This document shows positions 8,434 through 15,699 of a stretch of 64,000 nt of DNA, in pieces (the first letter of the stretch is position 1; every line of letters begins with the position of its first letter). Source of the DNA: Myxococcota bacterium (GTDB lineage: Bacteria; Myxococcota_A; SURF-8); assembly GCA_963674735.2 (NCBI GenBank), contig CAXXQS010000002.1, forward strand, positions 2,240,001 through 2,304,000, in the 5' to 3' direction. The notes under the pieces were generated by a model. The model saw only the letters and a program-made list of their open reading frames with translations, was not told where the DNA came from and ran no database searches. Made by a program: the position numbers and the translations under genes.

Positions 8434-10758
8434 TTACGCCGCGTGCGGTTTGACCAGACGGACGAAATTCACCCGCATGGCCGTGCCGCCCGATAGAGGA
8501 TCAAGCACGTAACTGGAAATCAGCTTCGAATCGTCGGCCCCCTTGCGGTAGGCCCGAGTCAGCTGGCGGCTGTTGTGGCCGTGGCCATGGGTCATGTAAA
8601 CGGCATCGTCGCGCATGCGTGCGGTGACGTACAGTTTGATGGGGCCTTCACGTACGCCGTCCTGATTGATGACCTCCACCCGGTCGCCGTCTTTCACGCC
8701 GTAGGAGGCCGCCACTTTCGGGCTGGCCCACAAAGTGTTTTCCGGCTCGCGGCCGTGCAACACCGGTGTGTTCTGGGTCCGGCCGAAGCTGTGCACCGGT
8801 GAGCGGCCGTAGGTGAGGCGCACGTGTCCCGGCGGTCCCTGGCGTGGGGCGAAGTAGGTGGGTAACGGCTCGAAACCCGTGGGATCTTCGCCTTTTTCGA
8901 GTTTTTCACGCCAAGCCTTTTCCAAATCCTTGCTGTACAGCTTCACTTTGTTTGCACCAGGTTTCCCATCGAAATCGGGAAAGCTCAGTTTGCGCCCGGA
9001 GCGGCCCGTGCCGTCGGGTCCGAGACCCAGACCGTCGCGGTAGATCGGGCGACCGTCGTCGAAAACCACCACGCCGTCGCGCTTCAGTTGCTCGAAATCG
9101 ACCGGCTGATGGGGGTGCTTATTATTGTATACCTCGATGATGCGACGTTGAAAATCGGCCAGGCAATCTTTGGGGCAATACTGGCCGAGGCCCATCGCCT
9201 TGCCGATGCCCATGGCGAGGTAACATTCGCAATCGCTTTCGCCGATGGGCTCGGTGGCCGGTTGCGGAATGGCCACGTAGGGGTCGCGATTGGGTGTCGC
9301 CACCAACGGGTCGGGACGCTCCAGGTAAGTGGCGGCCGGCAGCAGGACGTCGGCGTAGGTTGTGATTTCGGTTGGCAGAATGTCCACCACGACCAGCGCA
9401 TCCAGCTTGTGGATAGCGGCGATGGTTTCCTGCTGGGCGGGCAGCGAGGTGATGAGGTTCGAGCCCGCCACGATCCAGGCCTTGATTTTACCTTCCAAGG
9501 TGGCTTGTCGAATGCCATTGACGTTTCCGGCGATGCCGAAGGGATAACCGGGGTCGCGCCGCTCGGCCATCTTCGGGTAGGGCGGCATGTCGGGATAAGC
9601 TTGGTGGATCGAGGGAATCTTCAGCTTGTGCGGGAGGTAGTAACCTCCGCGAGCTCCCCAACTTCCCGTAATGGCAGTTAAAATCGCGATGGCGCGCGAG
9701 CGTTGGGTGTCGTTGCCGTACCACACCACGTGGCGACCCGGATGGAAGACCACATGGGGACCGGCTTTGCCGATCAGGTGTGCGCTGCGCAGGATCTCGG
9801 CGGCATCGAGGTCGGTTTGCTTCGCCGCCCATTCAGGGGTGGCGCTTCTCACGTGCTCGGCCAGCTCATCGAAGCCGCTGCAATGCTGGTCGATGAAGTC
9901 CCGGTCGATCAAGTTATCGCGGATTAAAATATGTATCCAGGCGAGCAGTAGGGCGATGTCGGTGCCGGGTTTGATGGGCAGCCAGGCATGGGCCTTTTCG
10001 GCGGCGGTGGAGCGACGCGGGTCGACCACGATCACCTTGGCGCCGCGCGTGCGGGCGGTGACGAACTCCTGTACTTGCAGATTGTGCATGTTTTCGCCGA
10101 GATGCGAGCCAATCAGCACCAGGCAGTCGGTGTTTTCGATATCGAGCGGCTCGGGCGACTTCAATTCGTGGCCGAACGTGAGTTTGAAGCCGACTTCGCG
10201 TGGACCCTTGCATTGGTCGTAGGCCGGGTGCGTGTGGTGCGGTGTGCCGATGGCGGAAGCCAGGTGGCCGAAATGCGCTTCGGAGGGACCATGGGTCATG
10301 ATGGCCAACGCGCCGGGACCGTGTTTGTCCACCACTTCTTTCAGCAGACGCCCCGCCTCGGCGAACGCCTCGTCTTGGCTTGCCCGCTTGAACAGTCCCT
10401 CGCCGCGCCGTCCGCTGCGGATTTGCGGGAAAGTCAGGCGGTCGGAGTCTTCGTGCATGCCGATGCCGCCCACTCCGCGCGGGCACAGGCGACCGCGGCT
10501 CATGGGGTGTTTCGGGTTGCCGCGCAGGTGCAGCAGCGTACCGTCTGCGCCCACTTCGGCGGTAACGCCGCATTTCCAGAAACAGACACCGCAGATGGTG
10601 TTGACCAACTTGGATGGCTGCGGGGCGATGTCGCGCGGATGCTCGGCGGTGTCCGTTGCGGCGGCGACGGCGGTAGCTTCGACCGTGGCGGCGACGGCGC
10701 TCGCCCCGACGACCCCGGCGGTTCCCGCTTTGAGAAAGCTGCGTCGATTCATGGGCAT
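8434..10758 (-). CDS. psrA: Polysulfide/thiosulfate reductase-type molybdopterin catalytic subunit (PsrA/PhsA)
   Basis: Tat signal NRRSFLK; FS0 motif CGVCFWKC...LCPRG; Cys Mo-ligand region DQCKGPRE; VVDPRRSTAAEKAHAWLPIKPGTD; AGGAG RBS before 10758. Confidence 0.88.
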   Translation of the reverse strand: MPMNRRSFLKAGTAGVVGASAVAATVEATAVAAATDTAEHPRDIAPQPSKLVNTICGVCFWKCGVTAEVGADGTLLHLRGNPKHPMSRGRLCPRGVGGIGMHEDSDRLTFPQIRSGRRGEGLFKRASQDEAFAEAGRLLKEVVDKHGPGALAIMTHGPSEAHFGHLASAIGTPHHTHPAYDQCKGPREVGFKLTFGHELKSPEPLDIENTDCLVLIGSHLGENMHNLQVQEFVTARTRGAKVIVVDPRRSTAAEKAHAWLPIKPGTDIALLLAWIHILIRDNLIDRDFIDQHCSGFDELAEHVRSATPEWAAKQTDLDAAEILRSAHLIGKAGPHVVFHPGRHVVWYGNDTQRSRAIAILTAITGSWGARGGYYLPHKLKIPSIHQAYPDMPPYPKMAERRDPGYPFGIAGNVNGIRQATLEGKIKAWIVAGSNLITSLPAQQETIAAIHKLDALVVVDILPTEITTYADVLLPAATYLERPDPLVATPNRDPYVAIPQPATEPIGESDCECYLAMGIGKAMGLGQYCPKDCLADFQRRIIEVYNNKHPHQPVDFEQLKRDGVVVFDDGRPIYRDGLGLGPDGTGRSGRKLSFPDFDGKPGANKVKLYSKDLEKAWREKLEKGEDPTGFEPLPTYFAPRQGPPGHVRLTYGRSPVHSFGRTQNTPVLHGREPENTLWASPKVAASYGVKDGDRVEVINQDGVREGPIKLYVTARMRDDAVYMTHGHGHNSRQLTRAYRKGADDSKLISSYVLDPLSGGTAMRVNFVRLVKPHAA

Positions 10759-10762
10759 GCGA

Positions 10763-11122
10763 TCACTCCTGAATGCTGGGTGGCAGTGTGTTATCAAGAC
10801 CCAAGGCTTCGCCGCGCCGCGTGTGCAACTCGGCCAGTCCTTCGCGAATGAGGCGGCAGGCTTCGAGGAACTTCGGATTGGCGATGCGGTAGTGGACCTG
10901 CTGGCCTTCCTTGCGCGCCAACACCGCGCCTTTATCGCGCATCACCCGCAAGTGTTGGGAAATATTGGCGATACTGGTTTCGAGTTCTTCGGCCAGCTCG
11001 CTTACCGTGCATTCGCCGTGTTGCAGCCGCCACATGATTTGGACGCGTTTCTGGTTGCCCATGACGGAACAGAAGTCCGATTGGATTTTACACAGGCGCG
11101 GATCGGCGATGTTATGTGACAT
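10763..11122 (-). CDS. ArsR/SmtB-family transcriptional regulator
   Basis: wHTH motif GECTVSELAEEL...ISQHLRVMRDKGAV..RKEGQQVHYRI; Cys residues near both ends; first gene of the operon. Confidence 0.9.
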   Translation of the reverse strand: MSHNIADPRLCKIQSDFCSVMGNQKRVQIMWRLQHGECTVSELAEELETSIANISQHLRVMRDKGAVLARKEGQQVHYRIANPKFLEACRLIREGLAELHTRRGEALGLDNTLPPSIQE

Positions 11123-11344
11123 GAGTACATCCTTTCGATGTCGCGTACTTGCAATACTACGCAATTAAATAAATAACCAATCCGGTACGATTCGTCAAGG
11201 AAAATTGTGAAAAATAGTTTAGGCATACGAATGAAAGTTAGGAATGACGAATTGTGGTGAGTGGGTTGCTGAGGTCAACGCCGGGGATTTAAACGGTACG
11301 AATCTTTATGCTACGAATCAAGTGCAGCACACTTAGAATCCCTC

Positions 11345-12271
11345 CTATTCAACAAGATTCCGCGCACAACGAAAACCTCTACTTTCTGATGAAAATACGC
11401 TAATTCCTTTGTCTCGATATGAGGAACGACGGTAATCGCCATATATATAAACGTCGGAATGATAACTACCACCACGAATAACATGTTCATGGCAAAATTC
11501 TTCTTTTAACCAAGCACGACCATCTGTCGGCGCACCCTCGTAATTGTCATGCCAGCAATCTTCCACCCATTCCCACACATTGCCCGACATATCGTAAAGA
11601 CCATAATCGTTGGGGAGTTTTCCTTTGACTGGGTGAGTTTGTTCACCACCATTCCATTCCCACCAGCCTATCTCGTCTGCACACTCGGACTCATCTCCAC
11701 AAGGATACTGCGTTGTTGATCCAGCACGGACGGCGTATTCCCATTCGGCTTCAGTTGGTAATCGTCCACCAACGGCGTGGCAGAATGCCCGAGCATCGAA
11801 CCACGTTATAGATTCAACAGGACAATGGCGGCATGAGTTGGAGTTGGGAACCTGAAACCAGCTAGGATTCCATGTCATGACGAATTCATATTGCTCCTGT
11901 GTTATCTCGGTCTGTGTCATCTCGAAAGCCGAAATCTGGACGTGATGCCGTGGCATTTCGGTAGCACTCCCCTCCGAACAACCCATTTCAAACTCTCCGG
12001 ATGAAATCGGTACCCATGTCAAGCCATAGTTATTTCTCTCCATATCAGTTCCATCTGCGTCTCCATCAATGACAGCGCCATCAAACACGCAGACATGCTC
12101 CGAACAAAACAATCCTTCCACACAATCTGGTGTTTCAACACAACTCTCACCCTCCTGGCTGAATATATGATCTGGGCAAGCGTCGCTACTCTCTTCGACA
12201 CACGAAACAAAACCCAGGGCACAAACGATGAAGCCCCACATAAGAACGATAGAGACTTGTTTTTGCTTCAT
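11345..12271 (-). CDS. FGE-sulfatase (SUMF1/C-type lectin fold) domain lipoprotein
   Basis: Lipobox FVSC; RLPTEAEWEYA, GLYDMSGNVWEW, RGGS...GFRC; lower GC than the flanks. Confidence 0.88.
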   Translation of the reverse strand: MKQKQVSIVLMWGFIVCALGFVSCVEESSDACPDHIFSQEGESCVETPDCVEGLFCSEHVCVFDGAVIDGDADGTDMERNNYGLTWVPISSGEFEMGCSEGSATEMPRHHVQISAFEMTQTEITQEQYEFVMTWNPSWFQVPNSNSCRHCPVESITWFDARAFCHAVGGRLPTEAEWEYAVRAGSTTQYPCGDESECADEIGWWEWNGGEQTHPVKGKLPNDYGLYDMSGNVWEWVEDCWHDNYEGAPTDGRAWLKEEFCHEHVIRGGSYHSDVYIYGDYRRSSYRDKGISVFSSESRGFRCARNLVE

Positions 12272-12316
12272 GATACATCCTGACTCATCGAAGCTTTGGC
12301 CGATTAAAAACCAACA

Positions 12317-13006
12317 CTAGCGTGCACATCGAACATAAATTCCATCCGACAGATTTGGGATTGCATCCACATAGGCAATATTGAAACAAACTCCCCAATT
12401 GCGATAGTCGTTATCCTCATCGCCCATGGAAGACCAATAACATGTACATTTACCTTCCAGATCAGCTGACCAATAGCAGTCATCGGTTGGAGAATCATCC
12501 AACACACAGCCTCCACAGGTTATACTCTGGCATCGTTCTTTCATGCACTCTTCCTCACCCATATTGCATTCTCCGCCTATTTCCGTCTGTGGGCAGCCGC
12601 GGATAAGCGAACGCAGCTCGAAAAGGGAAGGCAGACGCCAGTCATCTTCTCCGTTCAACTCCAGATCCTCGCAATACGCCAGTGCGTCTTCCCAGTTCAT
12701 GGTTTGTTCTGCCGGTGGATTCTGCCACATCAAGCCGGTCGCGCCGTCGATCCAGACATGGTCGAGTACGACATCTTCCAATGAGTCGTCGTCCATCTCC
12801 GAAGCATCCCCATCCGGTTCGGAATCAGGCTGAACGCAAACCTGGTCGATGCAGCGCAGGCAATCGGCACAATCGGTGGTCCGACTGCAACTGTCACCCA
12901 ATGCACGACCGCTTTCATCCGATTCATTGCAGCCGCCGAGGCCACTGTTTATAAGAATCAGGACCAGAAGAAACATCCCATTGATAGCGTGCGCAAGCTG
13001 CTGCAT
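12317..13006 (-). CDS. DUF1566/Lcl C-terminal domain lipoprotein
   Basis: Lipobox LGGC; DGATGLMWQ...WEDALAYC..L...DWRLPSLFELRSL...YWSS...VRC. Confidence 0.85.
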   Translation of the reverse strand: MQQLAHAINGMFLLVLILINSGLGGCNESDESGRALGDSCSRTTDCADCLRCIDQVCVQPDSEPDGDASEMDDDSLEDVVLDHVWIDGATGLMWQNPPAEQTMNWEDALAYCEDLELNGEDDWRLPSLFELRSLIRGCPQTEIGGECNMGEEECMKERCQSITCGGCVLDDSPTDDCYWSADLEGKCTCYWSSMGDEDNDYRNWGVCFNIAYVDAIPNLSDGIYVRCAR

Positions 13007-13257
13007 TGTTCAAACCTCAACTGAAAAGCCCCCACGCGAGCCTGGGTTTGTGTGGATGGTCGGATACGGGGCGAGTCGTATCGGGCGGAAAACCGCCTAC
13101 CCGGTATTGTACGGATGAGACCTCGAATATACAAGGCCAATCTTTTTTTAAGGGAGGATTCTCCAGGCTCCGAAAAATCTCGTGCCATTTTTCAACGTTG
13201 ACCTATACTGGCCGCTTGAAGCTGAACGGGTTGCCGGTTGTAGCATGGGAGCGACGA

Positions 13258-14172
13258 ATGATGGGCAGGTGGTTGAAAACGAACTGGAATCTGGGGCTGC
13301 TGGCGCTGGTGATGCTGTCTTTGACGCTCCTGCTTGTGTTGCCCCTCGGGTTGCCGGAGAGTGTCAACCGGTGGGTGACCTTGCTTTTACCGAACCTGCT
13401 GGTGGGCTCGATAGCCGGTGTTCTGGCCGGACTTCTCGGTGTCGGTGGCGGACTGGTGATTGTCCCCATGCTGGTGTTTATCCTGCCGACTCAAGGCGTC
13501 CCGCATGATTCGCTGATGCACCTGGCGCTCGGGACGAGTATGGCCAGCATCCTGTTTACCTCGGTTTCAAGCTTCATGGCCCACCATCGGCGCGGGGCGG
13601 TGCGTTGGGATATCGTACGCCGGATCGTGGTCGGCATTCTGATCGGTACCTTTCTGGGGGCGCAAGTGGTTTCGTTGTTGTCCACCGACTTCCTCAAGGC
13701 TTTCTTCGTGATCTTCGCCTATTACGTGGCGGTTCAGATGTTGGCCAACTACAAGCCCAAACCCTCGCGCCAGCTTCCGAGCCGCGCCGGACTTCTGGGC
13801 GCGGGCGGCGTTATCGGCCTGGTCTCAAGTTTTGTGGGCATCGGCGGCGGGAGTTTGTCGGTGCCTTTCATGGTGTGGTGCAACATTCCCATGCATACCG
13901 CCATCGGCACCTCGGCCGCCATCGGCTTTCCCATCGCTGTGGCCGGGACCGCCGGATATGTCGTCAGTGGCTTGGCCGCATCGAATCTGCCGCCCCTTTG
14001 TTTAGGCTACCTGTATCTTCCGGCTCTGATCGGTATCGTGGGCGCCAGCGTTCTGACCGCCCCGCTGGGCGCGCGTCTGGCGCACCGTTTGCCGGTGGCC
14101 GGGCTCAAAAAGGTGTTTGCTGTCTTGCTGATCGTGATGGGGACGCGGCTTCTGTGGGGGCTGGTCGCCTGA
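13258..14172 (+). CDS. TauE/SafE (TSUP) sulfite exporter family protein
   Basis: Twin GLLGVGGG / SFVGIGGG motifs, ALGTS / AIGTS, multiple TM helices; start codon approximate. Confidence 0.9.
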   Translation: MMGRWLKTNWNLGLLALVMLSLTLLLVLPLGLPESVNRWVTLLLPNLLVGSIAGVLAGLLGVGGGLVIVPMLVFILPTQGVPHDSLMHLALGTSMASILFTSVSSFMAHHRRGAVRWDIVRRIVVGILIGTFLGAQVVSLLSTDFLKAFFVIFAYYVAVQMLANYKPKPSRQLPSRAGLLGAGGVIGLVSSFVGIGGGSLSVPFMVWCNIPMHTAIGTSAAIGFPIAVAGTAGYVVSGLAASNLPPLCLGYLYLPALIGIVGASVLTAPLGARLAHRLPVAGLKKVFAVLLIVMGTRLLWGLVA

Positions 14173-14173
14173 T

Positions 14174-15583
14174 TCAAGGTTCCTGCTGTTTTTCCAAAGC
14201 GACGAAAAAAGTTCTGAGCGCCGCTTCATCCGCAGGACCAAACGGCGCAGTGCCCGTGACGGAAAAACACAGATCGTCGAGCTTGCGATAGTGTTTCGAT
14301 GAATCCCGGCAAAAGTAGGCCTGCAACTGAACGTCGAGTCCGGAGTCGGAGCGGATAGTAAGGTGAACCGATTGGGTGTCGAGGGTTCGCATCTCGACGC
14401 GAAAACCCGGCACCTGATTTAGCGGCCACGCAGCCAGCCGCAATTCCAGCGGAGAAGGACCATCTTGACCATCTTGCGGCGTTTTGGAGCGGTGTGTGTC
14501 GTTGGCAACCGAATCCCGATAGGGTTGCTCGGGATGCGCCAGCATGGCCGCAACCGGTGACGCCAGCAATTCGGCGATTTGCGTGTGTCCCTTCGCCGAC
14601 CAGTGGTGGTCCCAATCGAGGCGCTCCGCCGCCTGCCAGTCCGCGTTGTCGTAGGCATCGAAGAATCCGACTTGGGGATGGGAACTCAGCCAGCCGTTCA
14701 ATCCGGCTGGAATATTCAGATCGGATACGATCAGCAATGGAGTTGAACCGGCGGCGGCGACGACAGGTTCGAGCATGGCGAAGATAATGTCTTCTTTCGC
14801 GTGTTTCGTTTCGATATTTCCGGTCCAGACGCGTGCGATTTCCACCAAGGTTTCGAGGTTCAGCGCTTGAGCCAGGCGGTAACTCGGTTGATCCACGCTG
14901 CGGGTCAGGCGGGTGCTCAGATCGGTGGCGTCGATGTCGTCTTCGCTGATATGCAGAACGAACAAATCGGGATGACGGTGTTTCTTGAGCAAACCGATCC
15001 AGCCCGGCTGGGAAACCAGGGAATGTCCCGGCATGGCCGCGTTGATCACACGCAGGTTTCGGTATTGGGATTCCAGTCGGGATTGAAGCTTGACAGCCAA
15101 GGTGTCTGCATCGTTGAGGTGCAGGCCGAAGAAAAAGGAATCGCCGAGAAGCGCCACGCGCTGTGTTTCATCTGGATCCCTTTGAGGGGTGGGAGGATTG
15201 CGCAATCCCAACTCGTCCGTATGGGCGGTCCAGTCGCCGACCGGCCAGAAATTGCAGGTACAGGTGGTCGGCCAGGCCCAGACGCCGAATGGCCGGTGCG
15301 GGGTGTGAAACAGCCCGATCATAGCCGGGACGGCCAGATAAGAGAGTAGAATCAAAAGGAAAAATGTCAATAAAACCCAGAGGCGCGTTTGAAAGCGGGG
15401 CTTTGGCGGTAGCCGGCGCTGGACCCAAAAGATACCGAGACCGACCAGCAGCCAAGGGAGCAGATGCAAGGCGAGGAAGACGCCGACGTTTGTTTTCACT
15501 CCCACCCACTCGACCGCTCCGCCGAAGAGGCGGATGGTGAGAAAGAGAAAAAGGGCGGAAAGTGTTATGTGTAGAAACCGCAT
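14174..15583 (-). CDS. Membrane-anchored SGNH/GDSL hydrolase-like protein
   Basis: Three N-terminal TM helices; LGDSFFFG block I, VINAAMPG block II, DHHWSAKGH block V. Confidence 0.75.
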   Translation of the reverse strand: MRFLHITLSALFLFLTIRLFGGAVEWVGVKTNVGVFLALHLLPWLLVGLGIFWVQRRLPPKPRFQTRLWVLLTFFLLILLSYLAVPAMIGLFHTPHRPFGVWAWPTTCTCNFWPVGDWTAHTDELGLRNPPTPQRDPDETQRVALLGDSFFFGLHLNDADTLAVKLQSRLESQYRNLRVINAAMPGHSLVSQPGWIGLLKKHRHPDLFVLHISEDDIDATDLSTRLTRSVDQPSYRLAQALNLETLVEIARVWTGNIETKHAKEDIIFAMLEPVVAAAGSTPLLIVSDLNIPAGLNGWLSSHPQVGFFDAYDNADWQAAERLDWDHHWSAKGHTQIAELLASPVAAMLAHPEQPYRDSVANDTHRSKTPQDGQDGPSPLELRLAAWPLNQVPGFRVEMRTLDTQSVHLTIRSDSGLDVQLQAYFCRDSSKHYRKLDDLCFSVTGTAPFGPADEAALRTFFVALEKQQEP

Positions 15584-15645
15584 GGAGTCTCCATCCGATT
15601 GTCGAGAACAGACGCATGATAGCATGGACAAAACGGACTTGAGTG

Positions 15646-15676
15646 AAAAATAAACGCCCCGGTGAGGACCGGGGCG
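15646..15676 (-). terminator. Intrinsic terminator after nrdJ
   Basis: CGCCCCGGT-gagg-ACCGGGGCG stem with an A-tract on + (U-tract on -). Confidence 0.8.
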
Positions 15677-15699
15677 CGTGAAGACGAAGGTAAAAAAGG

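Noticed and set aside
8434-10758. Formate dehydrogenase or selenoprotein, suggested by the FdnI-like cytochrome b
   Set aside because: The catalytic subunit has PsrA-like motifs, a Cys ligand without the FDH C/U-H motif, and no in-frame TGA
11345-13006. Complete diversity-generating retroelement
   Set aside because: Target-like domains are present, but I found no reverse transcriptase, Avd or template repeat in the window
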